64,000 nucleotides of DNA from Bacteroidota bacterium. Its GTDB lineage: Bacteria; Bacteroidota; Bacteroidia; Flavobacteriales; JADGDT01. Below, piece by piece: positions 37,536 through 48,903 of this stretch. A program made the position numbers and the translations under genes. Below the pieces are notes generated by a model. That model made no database searches. It was not told the DNA's origin and saw nothing but the letters and a program-made list of their open reading frames with translations. The first letter of the stretch is position 1, and every line of letters begins with the position of its first letter. The stretch spans positions 12,253-76,252 of the forward strand of contig JBDLJM010000001.1 of the NCBI GenBank assembly GCA_039714315.1, in the 5' to 3' direction.

Positions 37536-38164
37536 TGGAAGTAGCAGTATTAGATATCAACGGAAAAGAAACTGGTAGAAAAGTAGAGCTATCAGATTCT
37601 ATCTTCGCTGTAGAACCTCACACTCACGCTATTTACCTAGACGTTAAGCAATATCTTGCCAATCAACGTCAGGGTACGCATAAAACAAAAGAGAGAGCTG
37701 AGATTACAGGAAGTACTCGTAAGATTAAGAAACAAAAAGGAACAGGTACAGCTCGTGCGGGTAGTATCAAATCACCATTGTTCCGTGGAGGAGGTCGAGT
37801 ATTCGGACCACGTCCTAGAAGTTATTCTTTCAAGCTTAATAAAGGGTTGAAAAGATTGGCAAGAAAATCAGCTTTAAGTATGAAAGTTGCCGAAAAACAA
37901 CTTTTTGTAGTTGAGGATTTCAATTTTGAAGCACCAAAAACTAAAGACTTTATCAATGTTTTAAAGGCTTTCGGACTAGAATCTAAAAGATCACTAGTGG
38001 TGTTGAGCGAAACAAATAAAAATGTATATTTGTCGGCGCGAAATTTGAAAGGGACAAACGTCGTGAATTTCAATGAATTAAACACTTATTCAATTATGAA
38101 TAATAAAGGTGTTCTTCTAAGTGAAGGTTCAGTGAAAGAAATTGAGAACATTTTAAGTAAATAG
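37535..38164 (+). CDS. rplD: 50S ribosomal protein L4
   Basis: 209 aa, [10 protein letters not shown] motif. The ATG overlaps the rplC stop. Confidence 0.97.
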   Translation: MEVAVLDINGKETGRKVELSDSIFAVEPHTHAIYLDVKQYLANQRQGTHKTKERAEITGSTRKIKKQKGTGTARAGSIKSPLFRGGGRVFGPRPRSYSFKLNKGLKRLARKSALSMKVAEKQLFVVEDFNFEAPKTKDFINVLKAFGLESKRSLVVLSETNKNVYLSARNLKGTNVVNFNELNTYSIMNNKGVLLSEGSVKEIENILSK

Positions 38165-38166
38165 GC

Positions 38167-38457
38167 ATGGGGATTATCATTAGACCAATCATTACAGAAA
38201 AGATGACAGCTGAAAGCGAAAAGTTTAATCGCTACGGTTTCATTGTTGATCCTAAAGCTAACAAGCTGCAAATTGCAGAAGCTGTTAAGGAGATGTACGG
38301 GGTTAGTGTTGAGAGAGTTAACACTATGAACTATGCCGGAAAAAAGAAAAGTCGTTACACTAAAGCCGGAGTAATTAGCGGAAAGACGAATGCTTATAAA
38401 AAAGCTATCGTTGAAGTAGCAGAAGGCGAGAGTATTGATTTTTATAACAATATCTAA
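38167..38457 (+). CDS. rplW: 50S ribosomal protein L23
   Basis: 96 aa, conserved operon position. Confidence 0.96.
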   Translation: MGIIIRPIITEKMTAESEKFNRYGFIVDPKANKLQIAEAVKEMYGVSVERVNTMNYAGKKKSRYTKAGVISGKTNAYKKAIVEVAEGESIDFYNNI

Positions 38458-38462
38458 GAAGG

Positions 38463-39290
38463 ATGTCAGTTAGAAAATTAAAACCAACAACACCAGGACA
38501 ACGTTTCAAAGTAGTAAGTGACTTTGATATGTTAACGATGGGTAATGCTCCCGAGAAAGCATTAGTAAAAGGTAAGCACAGATCTGGTGGTCGTAACAAC
38601 ACAGGACGTATGACTATGCGCTACATTGGTGGTGGTCATAAGAGGCGTTACAGACAAATTGATTTCAAAAGAAATAAATTTGGAGTACCTGCTACTGTGA
38701 AGTCGATCGAATATGATCCAAACCGTACAGCATTTATCGCTTTATTGTGGTATGCTGATGGTGAGAAGCGCTATATCATTGCACCAGCAGGCCTAGAAGT
38801 AGGTCAAACTGTAGTTTCTGGAGAGAGTGTTGCTCCCGAAGTAGGAAATGCAATGAAATTGGCTAACATTCCTTTAGGTACTATTATTTCTGCAATCGAG
38901 ATGCGCCCTGGGCAGGGAGCTGTTATAGCACGTAGTGCCGGAACATTTGCTCAGCTTGTAGCTCGTGAAGGGAAATATGCAACTGTAAAGATGCCCTCAG
39001 GCGAAACCAGAATGATACTTGTAGACTGTATGGCTGCTATAGGAGTTGTTTCAAACTCTGATAATCAGTTGTTAGTTTCAGGTAAAGCCGGTAGAAGCCG
39101 TTGGTTAGGACGTCGTCCTAGAACTAGACCAGTAGCTATGAACCCAGTCGATCACCCAATGGGTGGTGGTGAAGGTCGTGCTTCAGGAGGTCACCCACGT
39201 TCTAGAAACGGTATTCCTGCAAAAGGATTTAAGACTAGATCTAAGAAGAAGGCTAGTAATAAGTATATTATTGAAAGAAGAAAGAAATAA
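38463..39290 (+). CDS. rplB: 50S ribosomal protein L2
   Basis: 275 aa, [12 protein letters not shown] motif. Confidence 0.98.
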   Translation: MSVRKLKPTTPGQRFKVVSDFDMLTMGNAPEKALVKGKHRSGGRNNTGRMTMRYIGGGHKRRYRQIDFKRNKFGVPATVKSIEYDPNRTAFIALLWYADGEKRYIIAPAGLEVGQTVVSGESVAPEVGNAMKLANIPLGTIISAIEMRPGQGAVIARSAGTFAQLVAREGKYATVKMPSGETRMILVDCMAAIGVVSNSDNQLLVSGKAGRSRWLGRRPRTRPVAMNPVDHPMGGGEGRASGGHPRSRNGIPAKGFKTRSKKKASNKYIIERRKK

Positions 39291-39296
39291 TAGATT

Positions 39297-39575
39297 ATGG
39301 CTCGTTCATTAAAAAAAGGACCATACGTTCACTACAAGCTTGACAAAAAAGTTCAAGCCAATGTAGAATCAGGAAAGAAAAGCGTTATTAAGACTTGGTC
39401 TCGCGCTTCATTGATTACACCTGATTTTGTAGGGCAAACAATTGCTGTACACAACGGAAGACAATTTATTCCTGTGTACGTTACAGAGAACATGGTTGGT
39501 CATAAATTAGGCGAATTTGCACCCACACGTACGTATCGTGGTCATGGAGGCGCAAAAAATAAAGGTAAAAGATAA
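39297..39575 (+). CDS. rpsS: 30S ribosomal protein S19
   Basis: 92 aa, [12 protein letters not shown]-terminus. Confidence 0.98.
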   Translation: MARSLKKGPYVHYKLDKKVQANVESGKKSVIKTWSRASLITPDFVGQTIAVHNGRQFIPVYVTENMVGHKLGEFAPTRTYRGHGGAKNKGKR

Positions 39576-39587
39576 TAAAGGATTATC

Positions 39588-40001
39588 ATGGGAGTTCGTA
39601 AAAAACAAAGAGCTGAGGCGATTAAAGCTGAGAAAAAGTCAGTTGCATTTGCTAAGCTAAATAACGTACCAACTTCTCCTCGTAAGATGAGATTGGTAGC
39701 AGATTTAGTTCGTGGAGTTGAAGTTGATAAAGCACTTCAAATCCTGAAATTCAACACAAAAGAAGCTTCTGGGAGACTGGAAAAACTTCTTTTGTCTGCA
39801 ATTGCAAATTGGCAAGCTAAAAACGAAGACGCAAGTTTAGAAGATAGCCAATTGTTCGTGAAAGAAATTTATGTTGATAGTGCTAGAATGTTGAAACGTT
39901 TACGTCCCGCTCCACAAGGGCGTGCACACAGAATCAGAAAACGTTCTAACCACGTAACATTGGTAATTGGTAGTAACCAAAATACTGAAATTAATTTATA
40001 G
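39588..40001 (+). CDS. rplV: 50S ribosomal protein L22
   Basis: 137 aa, [14 protein letters not shown] motif. Confidence 0.97.
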   Translation: MGVRKKQRAEAIKAEKKSVAFAKLNNVPTSPRKMRLVADLVRGVEVDKALQILKFNTKEASGRLEKLLLSAIANWQAKNEDASLEDSQLFVKEIYVDSARMLKRLRPAPQGRAHRIRKRSNHVTLVIGSNQNTEINL

Positions 40002-40002
40002 T

Positions 40003-40731
40003 ATGGGACAGAAAACAAATCCAATCGGTAATCGTTTAGGAATCATCAGAGGATGGGATTCTAACTGGTACGGTGGACGTAACTACGGAGACAAGATTGC
40101 TGAAGATAGTAAAATTCGAAAGTATGTATATGCTCGTTTAGCTAAAGCAAGTGTTTCTCGAGTTATTATAGAACGTACACTTAAATTAGTTACTGTTACT
40201 ATCACTACTGCCAGACCTGGTATCATTATTGGTAAAGGTGGGCAAGAAGTAGATAAGTTAAAAGAAGAGTTAAAGAAAATAACTGGCAAGGAAGTTCAGA
40301 TCAATATCTATGAGATCAAACGTCCTGAGCTTGATGCTAATTTAGTTGCTGCGAGTATCGCTCGTCAGATCGAAGGAAGAATTTCTTTCCGTCGTGCAAT
40401 AAAAATGGCTATCGCAGGTACCATGAGAATGGGTGCTGAAGGTATTAAAGTTCAGGTTTCTGGTAGATTGAACGGAGCTGAGATGGCACGTAGTGAGGGT
40501 TATAAAGATGGACGTATTCCTCTATCAACTTTTAGAGCTGATATTGATTACTCATTGAAAGAAGCTCATACTACTTATGGTCGTCTTGGAATTAAAGTCT
40601 GGATCATGAAAGGAGAGTTATACGGAAAACGCGACTTGTCGCCATTAGCAGGAATGAGCAAAAAGCAAAGTTCTAAAGGTGGAGCAAGAGGTGGTAAATT
40701 CTCTGGACGTAAAGGACCTAAAAGAAAATAA
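40003..40731 (+). CDS. rpsC: 30S ribosomal protein S3
   Basis: [13 protein letters not shown]... N-terminus. The track ORF start (39967) overlaps rplV and is rejected in favour of ATG 40003. Confidence 0.97.
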   Translation: MGQKTNPIGNRLGIIRGWDSNWYGGRNYGDKIAEDSKIRKYVYARLAKASVSRVIIERTLKLVTVTITTARPGIIIGKGGQEVDKLKEELKKITGKEVQINIYEIKRPELDANLVAASIARQIEGRISFRRAIKMAIAGTMRMGAEGIKVQVSGRLNGAEMARSEGYKDGRIPLSTFRADIDYSLKEAHTTYGRLGIKVWIMKGELYGKRDLSPLAGMSKKQSSKGGARGGKFSGRKGPKRK

Positions 40732-40759
40732 GGAATTTCCTAGTTAAAAGTATTTAAAC

Positions 40760-41182
40760 ATGTTACAGCCAAAAAGAACAAAGTTCCGCAAAATGCAGAA
40801 AGGCCGTATGAAAGGACTGTCTCAAAGAGGTAGTACACTTTCGAACGGAATGTTTGGTATCAAAGCCTTACAAGGATCCTGGATGACTGCGAGACAAATC
40901 GAAGCAGCACGTATTGCTGCCACTCGTCATATGAAGAGGGAAGGGCAATTGTGGATTAAAATCTTCCCAGACAAACCTGTTACCAAAAAACCATTAGAAG
41001 TACGTATGGGTAAAGGTAAAGGTAATCCTGAATTATTCGTTGCTGTTGTAAAACCAGGACGAATTTTATTTGAAGTAGGAGGTGTGCCAATGGAAGTAGC
41101 AAAAGAGGCTTTACGTCTTGCTGCTCAAAAATTGCCGGTTACTACTAAGTTTGTTGTAGCAAGAGATTACGTTGAAGCTTAA
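40760..41182 (+). CDS. rplP: 50S ribosomal protein L16
   Basis: 140 aa, [12 protein letters not shown]-terminus. Confidence 0.98.
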   Translation: MLQPKRTKFRKMQKGRMKGLSQRGSTLSNGMFGIKALQGSWMTARQIEAARIAATRHMKREGQLWIKIFPDKPVTKKPLEVRMGKGKGNPELFVAVVKPGRILFEVGGVPMEVAKEALRLAAQKLPVTTKFVVARDYVEA

Positions 41183-41193
41183 TTCAAAGACAG

Positions 41194-41385
41194 ATGAAAC
41201 AATCAGAAATCAGAGAACTATCTACAGCTGAATTACAAGAAAAACTTGGAGAAGTAAAGGCTGAGTACACTAAAATGAAGATTAATCATTCAGTGACTCC
41301 ATTGGAAAACCCAATGCAGCTTCGTAAGCTACGTCGTGATGTTGCACGTGTAGCTACAGAGCTTACAAAAAGAGAACTTCAATAA
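41194..41385 (+). CDS. rpmC: 50S ribosomal protein L29
   Basis: 63 aa, conserved operon position, helical hairpin pattern. Confidence 0.95.
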   Translation: MKQSEIRELSTAELQEKLGEVKAEYTKMKINHSVTPLENPMQLRKLRRDVARVATELTKRELQ

Positions 41386-41408
41386 CAAGGATGTAATATC
41401 TGCTGAAG

Positions 41409-41666
41409 ATGGAAAAAAGAAATTTAAGAAAAGAAAGAATAGGTGTTGTTGCCAGTAACAAAATGGACAAGTCAATTGTTGTTACTGTTGAGAAAAAGGT
41501 AAAGCACCCATTGTACGGTAAATTCGTTTTAAAAACGAAAAAATTTACTGCACACGACGAAGAAAACACCTGCAACGAGGGAGATACTGTTCGTATAATG
41601 GAGACACGTCCATTGAGCAAGTCAAAACGTTGGAGATTAGTTGAAATTTTAGAAAGAGCTAAATAA
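41409..41666 (+). CDS. rpsQ: 30S ribosomal protein S17
   Basis: 85 aa, [14 protein letters not shown]...HPLYGK motif. Confidence 0.97.
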   Translation: MEKRNLRKERIGVVASNKMDKSIVVTVEKKVKHPLYGKFVLKTKKFTAHDEENTCNEGDTVRIMETRPLSKSKRWRLVEILERAK

Positions 41667-41668
41667 TT

Positions 41669-42037
41669 ATGGTTCAACAAGAGTCGAGATTAAAAGTCGC
41701 AGATAATACCGGAGCAAAGGAAGTCCTTGTAATCCGAGTATTAGGAGGTACGAAGAGGAGATACGCCTCAGTTGGAGATAAAGTAGTTGTTACTGTTAAA
41801 CAAGCTACTCCAACTTCTTCTGTAAAGAAGGGGACTGTATCTACCGGAGTCGTAGTTCGTACAAAAAAAGAAGTAAGACGTCCTGATGGTTCTTACATTC
41901 GTTTTGATGAAAACGCCGTTGTGTTGTTAACTGCACAAGGAGAGATGAGAGGTACTCGTGTATTCGGTCCTGTAGCCAGAGAGTTACGTGACAAGCAATA
42001 CATGAAAATTGTTTCACTAGCACCCGAGGTGCTTTAA
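41669..42037 (+). CDS. rplN: 50S ribosomal protein L14
   Basis: 122 aa, [16 protein letters not shown]-terminus. Confidence 0.98.
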   Translation: MVQQESRLKVADNTGAKEVLVIRVLGGTKRRYASVGDKVVVTVKQATPTSSVKKGTVSTGVVVRTKKEVRRPDGSYIRFDENAVVLLTAQGEMRGTRVFGPVARELRDKQYMKIVSLAPEVL

Positions 42038-42050
42038 TTCCTGTTGAGAA

Positions 42051-42368
42051 ATGGCAAAATTAAAGATCAGAAAAGGAGATACTGTTAAAGTTATCGCCGG
42101 TGAATCAAAAGGTGTTGAAGGGAAAGTTTTAGAAGTTTTCCGTGACACAAACAAGGCTTTAGTAGAAGGTGTTAATATGATTAAAAAACACAACAAGCCT
42201 AGCGCTCAGAATCCTCAAGGTGGGATCGAAGAAAAAGAAGCCCCAATTCAAATTTCTAACTTATCTTTGTTGGATCCTAAATCAGGAGAGACAACAAAAG
42301 TTGGAATTAGATTTGAGGATGGTAAGAAAGTGAGATATTCAAAAAAATCAGGCGAAGTAATTAAGTAA
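42051..42368 (+). CDS. rplX: 50S ribosomal protein L24
   Basis: 105 aa, [16 protein letters not shown] motif. Confidence 0.97.
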   Translation: MAKLKIRKGDTVKVIAGESKGVEGKVLEVFRDTNKALVEGVNMIKKHNKPSAQNPQGGIEEKEAPIQISNLSLLDPKSGETTKVGIRFEDGKKVRYSKKSGEVIK

Positions 42369-42369
42369 T

Positions 42370-42921
42370 ATGGCTTATTCACCAAGATTAAAAGAGCAGT
42401 ACAAGAATAAGATTGTTGACGCTCTTATGAAGGAGTTCGGTTACAAGTCTATCATGCAGGTGCCACGTTTAGAGAAAATTGTTATTTCTCAAGGTGTTGG
42501 TGCAGCTGTTGCCGACAAGAAACTTGTCGATCATGCAGTTGAAGAAATGACTAAGATTGCCGGACAAAAAGCAGTTCCTACGATATCAAAGAAGGATGTT
42601 GCTAGTTTTAAACTTCGTAAAGGGATGCCTATCGGAGCAAGAGTTACATTACGTAATGAAAATATGTATGAATTTCTTGATCGTTTAACTGCAGCTGCTT
42701 TACCACGTATACGTGATTTTAAAGGAGTTAAAGCAGATGGATTCGACGGTAGAGGAAATTATAACCTAGGGATAACTGAACAAATTATCTACCCTGAAAT
42801 TAATATTGATAAAATCAATAGGATTACAGGTATGGATATTACATTTGTAACTTCTGCTAACACCGATAAGGAAGCAAAAGCATTATTAACAGGATTCGGA
42901 TTCCCATTTAAAAAGAATTAA
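42370..42921 (+). CDS. rplE: 50S ribosomal protein L5
   Basis: 183 aa, conserved operon position and sequence. Confidence 0.98.
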   Translation: MAYSPRLKEQYKNKIVDALMKEFGYKSIMQVPRLEKIVISQGVGAAVADKKLVDHAVEEMTKIAGQKAVPTISKKDVASFKLRKGMPIGARVTLRNENMYEFLDRLTAAALPRIRDFKGVKADGFDGRGNYNLGITEQIIYPEINIDKINRITGMDITFVTSANTDKEAKALLTGFGFPFKKN

Positions 42922-42923
42922 GG

Positions 42924-43193
42924 ATGGCTAAAGAATCAATGAAAGCCCGCGAGGTTAAAAGACAAAAACTTGTTGACCGTTACGCTGAGAAAAGAGCTGC
43001 TTTATTAGAGGCAGGAGATTACGAAGGATTACAAAAACTTCCTAAAAACGCATCTCCGGTTCGTTTACACAACCGTTGTAAATTAACTGGACGTCCAAAA
43101 GGATATATGCGTCAGTTTGGAATTTCACGTGTAACATTCCGTGAAATGGCAAACGAGGGGTTGATCCCGGGAGTAAAGAAAGCAAGTTGGTAA
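42924..43193 (+). CDS. rpsN: 30S ribosomal protein S14 (long form without a zinc ribbon)
   Basis: 89 aa. [19 protein letters not shown] with a C-terminal W. Confidence 0.97.
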   Translation: MAKESMKAREVKRQKLVDRYAEKRAALLEAGDYEGLQKLPKNASPVRLHNRCKLTGRPKGYMRQFGISRVTFREMANEGLIPGVKKASW

Positions 43194-43213
43194 AATAGAA
43201 AATTTAAGCAAAG

Positions 43214-43615
43214 ATGGTTACAGATCCAATAGCAGATTATTTGACACGTGTACGTAATGCCATTATGGCAGGACATCGCGTTGTGGAGATCCCAGCCTCA
43301 AATATGAAAAAAGAAATAACTAAAATCCTTATGGACCAGGGTTATATCTTAAATTATAAATTTGAGAATGAAGACACTCCAAAAGCGTCAATCAAAATTG
43401 CATTAAAATACGATAAACTTACCAAAACTCCTGCAATCAAGAAACTGGAAAGAGTTTCTACTCCTGGACTTAGAAATTACTCAAGTGCAAAAGAGATGCC
43501 TAGAGTGATGAATGGTCTTGGTATTGCAATTGTTTCTACTTCACAAGGTGTTATGACGAACAAAAAAGCTCGTCAAAACAACATCGGAGGAGAGGTGTTG
43601 TGTATCGTTTATTAA
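43214..43615 (+). CDS. rpsH: 30S ribosomal protein S8
   Basis: 133 aa, TDPIADYLTRVRNA N-terminus. Confidence 0.98.
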   Translation: MVTDPIADYLTRVRNAIMAGHRVVEIPASNMKKEITKILMDQGYILNYKFENEDTPKASIKIALKYDKLTKTPAIKKLERVSTPGLRNYSSAKEMPRVMNGLGIAIVSTSQGVMTNKKARQNNIGGEVLCIVY

Positions 43616-43635
43616 TATATTAAGACTCGTAAGAA

Positions 43636-44178
43636 ATGTCAAGAATAGGAAAAAATCCAGTCGTTATCCCAGCCGGAGTAACAGTAGATTTAAAAGACGG
43701 CGTTGTTACAGTAAAAGGGAAATTGGGCGAATTGAGTCAGGAAATTAAAGACATCGACGCAAAAATCGAAGATGGTCGTGTAGTTTTCAATCGTTCTTCT
43801 GATAAAACCGATGTTAGAGCTAAGCATGGTCTTTATAGAGCATTAGTTGCTAACATGATTCAGGGAGTTACTGAAGGATTCAGTACTGCACTTGAATTGG
43901 TAGGTGTAGGTTATAGAGCTACATCTCAGGGACAAAAATTAGATTTGTCTTTAGGTTTCTCTCACAATATTGTAATCGAACTTCCAAAAGAGGTTAAAGT
44001 TGAAGCTGATACACAGAAAGGGAAAAACCCTATCATTAAGTTATCTTCAATTGACAAACAATTGTTAGGTTCGGTAGCAGCTAAAATTAGAGGCTTCCGT
44101 AAACCTGAGCCTTACAAAGGAAAAGGAGTTAAGTTTGTTGGAGAACAAATTAGAAGAAAAGCTGGTAAAACTGCATAA
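43636..44178 (+). CDS. rplF: 50S ribosomal protein L6
   Basis: 180 aa, MSRIGKNPV N-terminus. Confidence 0.98.
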   Translation: MSRIGKNPVVIPAGVTVDLKDGVVTVKGKLGELSQEIKDIDAKIEDGRVVFNRSSDKTDVRAKHGLYRALVANMIQGVTEGFSTALELVGVGYRATSQGQKLDLSLGFSHNIVIELPKEVKVEADTQKGKNPIIKLSSIDKQLLGSVAAKIRGFRKPEPYKGKGVKFVGEQIRRKAGKTA

Positions 44179-44190
44179 TTTAAATAAGTT

Positions 44191-44541
44191 ATGGCAATAA
44201 CAAAAGAACAAAGAAGACAGACGATAAGATATAGAGTTCGTAGTACCGTGTCAGGTACGGTTTCTCGCCCACGCTTGTCAGTTTTCAGAAGTAACAAAGA
44301 AATTTACGCACAGTTGATTGATGACGTAAAAGGTGTTACATTAGTGGCCGCTTCATCTAACGTAAAAGATTTAGCAGGTAAAACTAAAATGGAACAAGCA
44401 AATGCAGTAGGGAAACTTATTGCAGAGAAAGCATTAGCTGCCGGTTTGGAGGCAGTTGTTTTCGACAGAGGCGGATATTTATATCACGGAAGAGTTAAAT
44501 CATTGGCGGAAGGCGCCAGAGAAGGCGGTCTTAAATTCTAA
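44191..44541 (+). CDS. rplR: 50S ribosomal protein L18
   Basis: 116 aa, [16 protein letters not shown] motif. Confidence 0.97.
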   Translation: MAITKEQRRQTIRYRVRSTVSGTVSRPRLSVFRSNKEIYAQLIDDVKGVTLVAASSNVKDLAGKTKMEQANAVGKLIAEKALAAGLEAVVFDRGGYLYHGRVKSLAEGAREGGLKF

Positions 44542-44546
44542 TAATT

Positions 44547-45071
44547 ATGTTTGAAGAATATAAAAACGTAGAAAAAGTTAAGCCAAGTGGTTTAGATTTA
44601 AAAGACCGATTGGTTAGTATTCAACGTGTTACTAAAGTAACAAAAGGTGGTAGAAACTTCGGTTTTTCTGCAATTGTTGTAGTAGGTGACGAAAACGGTG
44701 TAGTTGGATACGGTTTAGGTAAGTCAAAAGAAGTTGCAGAAGCAATTTCTAAAGGAGTTGAAGAGGCTAAGAAAAACTTAGTTCGTATTCCTTTACTTGA
44801 TGGTACATTACCTCATGAGCAGTATGGTAAGTTTGGTGGAGCGCACGTATTTATACGTCCTGCATCACACGGTACCGGAGTTATTGCAGGTGGTGCTGTA
44901 CGTGCGGTATTAGAAACAGTAGGTGTGAAAGACGTACTTTCTAAGAATAAAGGTTCAAATAACCCTCACAATGTTGTGAAAGGTACATTCGATGCTTTAT
45001 TGAACCTTAGAAGTGCTGAAACTGTTGCAAAACAAAGAGGTATCTCTTTGAGTAAAGTGTTTAAAGGATAA
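44547..45071 (+). CDS. rpsE: 30S ribosomal protein S5
   Basis: 174 aa, [15 protein letters not shown] motif. Confidence 0.98.
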   Translation: MFEEYKNVEKVKPSGLDLKDRLVSIQRVTKVTKGGRNFGFSAIVVVGDENGVVGYGLGKSKEVAEAISKGVEEAKKNLVRIPLLDGTLPHEQYGKFGGAHVFIRPASHGTGVIAGGAVRAVLETVGVKDVLSKNKGSNNPHNVVKGTFDALLNLRSAETVAKQRGISLSKVFKG

Positions 45072-45083
45072 AAACCGATTAAG

Positions 45084-45263
45084 ATGGCAAAAGTAAAAAT
45101 TAAGCAAGTACGAAGTAAAATTCGTCGTCCGGGTAATCAGAAGAAGACCCTTGAAGCTCTTGGTTTGCGTAGAATCGGTCAAGTTGTTGAACACGAAAGC
45201 ACACCAGCTATCATGGGAATGATAAAAACTGTAGAACATTTAATCTCTGTTGAGGAAATTTAA
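45084..45263 (+). CDS. rpmD: 50S ribosomal protein L30 (59 aa, below the ORF-track cut-off)
   Basis: Hand translation: [59 protein letters not shown]. Lies between rpsE and rplO. Confidence 0.95.
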   Translation: MAKVKIKQVRSKIRRPGNQKKTLEALGLRRIGQVVEHESTPAIMGMIKTVEHLISVEEI

Positions 45264-45267
45264 TAAT

Positions 45268-45717
45268 ATGGATTTAAGTAAATTAAAACCAGCCGAAGGT
45301 TCTGTAAAATCTCGTAAGCGTATTGGACGTGGACAAGGTTCAGGATACGGTGGTACCTCTACAAGAGGTCATAAAGGAGCTAAGTCTCGTTCTGGTTACT
45401 CTCGTAAGATTGGTTTCGAGGGGGGTCAAATGCCACTTCAAAGACGTGTTCCTAAATTTGGTTTCAAAAACATCAATCGTGTTGAGTACCAGGGTATAAA
45501 CCTTGATACACTACAATCATTGGTAGAAAGCGGAAAAGTCACTGATACGGTAACTCAGGATATCCTTATTCAGGAAGGAGTTATTGGTAAAAATGATCTA
45601 ATAAAAATATTAGGTCGTGGTGAGCTTAAAGCAAAACTAAATATAACTGTTCATAAATTTACTGCTTCTGCTAAGGCGGCTATCGAAGCTGCAGGTGGAG
45701 AAGCAATTACTCTATAA
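45268..45717 (+). CDS. rplO: 50S ribosomal protein L15
   Basis: [12 protein letters not shown]...GRGQGSG. ATG 45268 is preferred over the track start 45250, which overlaps rpmD. Confidence 0.97.
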   Translation: MDLSKLKPAEGSVKSRKRIGRGQGSGYGGTSTRGHKGAKSRSGYSRKIGFEGGQMPLQRRVPKFGFKNINRVEYQGINLDTLQSLVESGKVTDTVTQDILIQEGVIGKNDLIKILGRGELKAKLNITVHKFTASAKAAIEAAGGEAITL

Positions 45718-45727
45718 GCCAAGATAA

Positions 45728-47077
45728 ATGAAGAACTTGATTGAAACTCTGAAAAATATCTGGAAGATTGAAGATTTACGCCAAAGGATCCTAATTACTG
45801 TAGGATTCCTTTTGGTGTATCGTTTTGGATCTTATATTCCACTTCCCGGAATCAATCCAGGAGAATTAAGTGCGTTACACGCACAAACTTCTGATGGGTT
45901 ACTGGGATTATTGAATGCCTTCACAGGAGGTGCATTTGCTAATGCTTCTATTTTAGCATTAGGTATTATGCCATACATTTCTGCATCTATTGTAGTGCAG
46001 TTGATGGGAATGGCAGTACCTTATCTTGCTAAACTTCAAAAAGAAGGAGAAAGTGGAAGAAAGAAAATCAACCAGATTACTAGATGGTTAACCATCGGAA
46101 TTACATTGGTACAAGCACCGGGTTATATAACTAACTTAAAAGCACAACTTCCTCCGCAGGCATTTTTGCTTAACGATGGTTTGTTTTGGTTTTCCGGGAT
46201 TGTAATTTTAGTAGCCGGTACTGTGTTTACAATGTGGCTAGGTGAAAAGATTACAGATAAAGGTATCGGGAATGGTATATCGCTGATCATTATGGTTGGT
46301 ATTATGGCTCGTTTCCCACAATCAATTGCTCAGGAATTTGTTGATAAAGTTGAAGCAGCAGGTGGAGGATTAGTAATCCTTTTAGTTGAAGCAGTTTTTT
46401 GGATGTTAGTAATTCTGGTTTCTATACTACTAGTTCAGGGTACTAGAAGAATACCGGTTCAGTATGCTAGAAGATCGGTAGCAAGTTCATCAAAGTTTAA
46501 TATGGGAGGTGCTGTTGGCGCACGCCAATATATCCCATTAAAAGTAAACGCGGCTGGGGTTATGCCAATTATCTTTGCTCAAGCAATTATGTTTATTCCG
46601 GTAAGCTTATTTGGATTGGTGCAAAGTGATTCAATGCAGGGAATGGTGGCTATATTCTCTAACATTAACGGATTATGGTATAATCTTGTTTTCGGTTTAT
46701 TAATCGTACTGTTTACTTATTTTTATACAGCAATCACTGTGCCGACTAATCAAATGGCAGATGACATCAAGAGAAACGGTGGTTTTGTTCCGGGAATTAA
46801 ACCTGGAAAAGATACTTCAGATTACCTGGATACAATTATGTCACGTATCACACTTCCAGGTTCTCTATTTTTAGCATTAATTGCTGTATTACCTGCTTTA
46901 GCTTACCAAGCTGGAGTTAATCAATCTTTTGCATTGTTCTTTGGTGGAACGTCTTTGCTTATTATGGTTGGAGTTGTATTAGATACTCTTCAACAGGTAA
47001 ATTCTCACTTATTAAATCGTCATTATGATGGTTTGATGAAAAGTGGTAAATTAAGAGGAAAAGCTGAAATAGCTTAA
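45728..47077 (+). CDS. secY: Preprotein translocase subunit SecY
   Basis: 449 aa, 10 TM helices, conserved position after rplO. Confidence 0.98.
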   Translation: MKNLIETLKNIWKIEDLRQRILITVGFLLVYRFGSYIPLPGINPGELSALHAQTSDGLLGLLNAFTGGAFANASILALGIMPYISASIVVQLMGMAVPYLAKLQKEGESGRKKINQITRWLTIGITLVQAPGYITNLKAQLPPQAFLLNDGLFWFSGIVILVAGTVFTMWLGEKITDKGIGNGISLIIMVGIMARFPQSIAQEFVDKVEAAGGGLVILLVEAVFWMLVILVSILLVQGTRRIPVQYARRSVASSSKFNMGGAVGARQYIPLKVNAAGVMPIIFAQAIMFIPVSLFGLVQSDSMQGMVAIFSNINGLWYNLVFGLLIVLFTYFYTAITVPTNQMADDIKRNGGFVPGIKPGKDTSDYLDTIMSRITLPGSLFLALIAVLPALAYQAGVNQSFALFFGGTSLLIMVGVVLDTLQQVNSHLLNRHYDGLMKSGKLRGKAEIA

Positions 47078-47090
47078 TTAATTAGAATAT

Positions 47091-47306
47091 ATGGCAAAGC
47101 AAGCAGCAATAGAACAAGATGGAACAATCATAGAGGCATTATCTAATGCTATGTTTCGCGTAGAGCTTCAAAATGGTCACATTGTGACAGCTCATATCTC
47201 AGGGAAAATGCGTATGCATTATATTAAGTTACTTCCCGGTGATAAAGTGAAATTAGAAATGTCTCCTTACGATTTGTCTAAAGCAAGAATTACTTATAGA
47301 TACTAA
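47091..47306 (+). CDS. infA: Translation initiation factor IF-1
   Basis: 71 aa S1-like OB fold, ...[20 protein letters not shown].... Confidence 0.98.
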   Translation: MAKQAAIEQDGTIIEALSNAMFRVELQNGHIVTAHISGKMRMHYIKLLPGDKVKLEMSPYDLSKARITYRY

Positions 47307-47323
47307 GAACATTTTAGAATAAG

Positions 47324-47440
47324 ATGAAAGTTAGAGCGTCAGTAAAAAAGAGAAGTCCTGAGTGTAAAATAGTGCGCAGAAAAGGACGTTTGTATGTTAT
47401 TAACAAAAAGAATCCTCGTTTTAAACAACGTCAGGGATAA
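47324..47440 (+). CDS. rpmJ: 50S ribosomal protein L36 (38 aa, below the ORF-track cut-off)
   Basis: Hand translation: [38 protein letters not shown]. Only one of the four zinc ligands is retained. Confidence 0.95.
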   Translation: MKVRASVKKRSPECKIVRRKGRLYVINKKNPRFKQRQG

Positions 47441-47462
47441 TTTAAATTAGAAACAAAAGTCT

Positions 47463-47840
47463 ATGGCACGTATTGCAGGGGTAGATTTACCTAAACATAA
47501 AAGAGGTGTAATAGGTCTTACTTATATCTATGGATTAGGTAGGAGTAATGCGAAAAGTATCTTAGCAGCTGCTGAAATCAGTGAAGATACTAAGGTTCAG
47601 GATTGGTCGGATGAGGAATTGTCAAAGATTCGTACACTAATTCAAACTGAGTATAAAGTTGAGGGAGAATTAAGATCAGAAGTTCAGTTGAATATCAAAC
47701 GTCTTATGGATATAGGATGTTACAGAGGTATTCGTCACAGATCCGGTCTTCCATTAAGAGGACAGCATACGAAGAACAATTCAAGGACTCGAAAAGGTAA
47801 GAGAAAAACAGTTGCTAACAAAAAGAAAGCAACTAAATAA
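47463..47840 (+). CDS. rpsM: 30S ribosomal protein S13
   Basis: 125 aa, [11 protein letters not shown]-terminus. Confidence 0.98.
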   Translation: MARIAGVDLPKHKRGVIGLTYIYGLGRSNAKSILAAAEISEDTKVQDWSDEELSKIRTLIQTEYKVEGELRSEVQLNIKRLMDIGCYRGIRHRSGLPLRGQHTKNNSRTRKGKRKTVANKKKATK

Positions 47841-47850
47841 TTATTAGGAT

Positions 47851-48240
47851 ATGGCGAAGTCTAATAAAGGCGCTAAGAAGCGTAAAGTTAAGGTTGAAAC
47901 AGTTGGAGAAGCTCACGTTAGTTCTTCATTCAACAATATAATCATATCTTTAACGAATAAGAATGGTCAAGTGATATCTTGGTCGTCTGCAGGTAAGATG
48001 GGATTTAGAGGTTCGAAAAAGAATACTCCTTATGCAGCTCAGGTTGCAGCTGAAGATTGTGCAAAAATTGCTCATGAAGCTGGCTTGAGAAAAGTAAAAG
48101 TTTATGTTAAAGGACCTGGAAATGGGCGTGAGTCAGCAATCCGTTCTCTACACAACAGTGGAGTAGAAGTTATGGAGATTGTTGATGTTACTCCATTACC
48201 ACACAATGGATGTCGTCCTCCAAAGCGCAGAAGAGTATAA
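47851..48240 (+). CDS. rpsK: 30S ribosomal protein S11
   Basis: 129 aa, ...[10 protein letters not shown]...[12 protein letters not shown]. Confidence 0.98.
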   Translation: MAKSNKGAKKRKVKVETVGEAHVSSSFNNIIISLTNKNGQVISWSSAGKMGFRGSKKNTPYAAQVAAEDCAKIAHEAGLRKVKVYVKGPGNGRESAIRSLHNSGVEVMEIVDVTPLPHNGCRPPKRRRV

Positions 48241-48265
48241 CTTTAAAGAATTAAAAGAAAAAGAA

Positions 48266-48871
48266 ATGGCTAGATATAGAGGTCCAAAAACAAAAATTGC
48301 ACGTAAATTTGGCGAAGCGATTTTTGGTGACGATAAGTCGTTTGAGAAAAGAAATTATCCTCCAGGACAGCATGGAGCTTCTAAGCGTAGAGGTAAGAAA
48401 TCTGAATATGCTATCCAGTTGGAAGAAAAGCAAAAAGCTAAATATACTTACGGTATTTTAGAGAGACAATTCTCTAATTTATTTAAGAAAGCTTCTGCAA
48501 GTAAAGGAATTACCGGTGAGGTTCTTCTTCAACTTTGTGAAGCCAGATTAGATAACGTAGTGTATCGTTTAGGAATTGCTCCAAGTCGAAGAGCAGCACG
48601 TCAGCTGGTTTCTCACCGTCACATTACTGTAAACGGAGAGCTAGTTAACATTCCATCGTACAGCCTTAAGGCCGGAGATGAAGTTGCAGTTAGAGAGAAA
48701 TCAAAATCTCTTGTGGTAGTTGATGATTCAATTGCCCAAAGACAAGATTCATATGAGTGGATGACTTGGAATTCTGAAACTAAATCAGGAAGGTTTGTTA
48801 CTGTTCCTGAAAGAAGTCAGATTCCTGAAAACATTAAGGAGCATTTAATCGTTGAATTGTATTCTAAGTAA
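48266..48871 (+). CDS. rpsD: 30S ribosomal protein S4
   Basis: [17 protein letters not shown].... ATG 48266 is preferred over the track start 48179, which overlaps rpsK. Confidence 0.97.
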   Translation: MARYRGPKTKIARKFGEAIFGDDKSFEKRNYPPGQHGASKRRGKKSEYAIQLEEKQKAKYTYGILERQFSNLFKKASASKGITGEVLLQLCEARLDNVVYRLGIAPSRRAARQLVSHRHITVNGELVNIPSYSLKAGDEVAVREKSKSLVVVDDSIAQRQDSYEWMTWNSETKSGRFVTVPERSQIPENIKEHLIVELYSK

Positions 48872-48903
48872 TTGTAACTTTCAGACTAAATTAATTTATA
48901 CTT

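Noticed and set aside
39967-40002. Long N-terminal extensions in the ORF track for rpsC. The same applies to rplO 45250, rpsD 48179, carA 50459, eno 51549, glmM 54646, the kinase 1863, the permease 23990 and xrtF 30906.
   Set aside because: The extensions overlap the preceding gene or begin at TTG. In each case a canonical conserved N-terminus starts at an internal ATG, so the coordinates were trimmed accordingly.
47324-47440. L36 retains only one of four zinc ligands, and S14 (42924-43193) is the long form without a zinc ribbon. I considered this as a zinc-sparing ribosome signal.
   Set aside because: As far as I recall, these C-minus forms are the normal and only versions in Bacteroidetes main operons. 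It is not a lineage-specific oddity and no paralogue pair is visible here.
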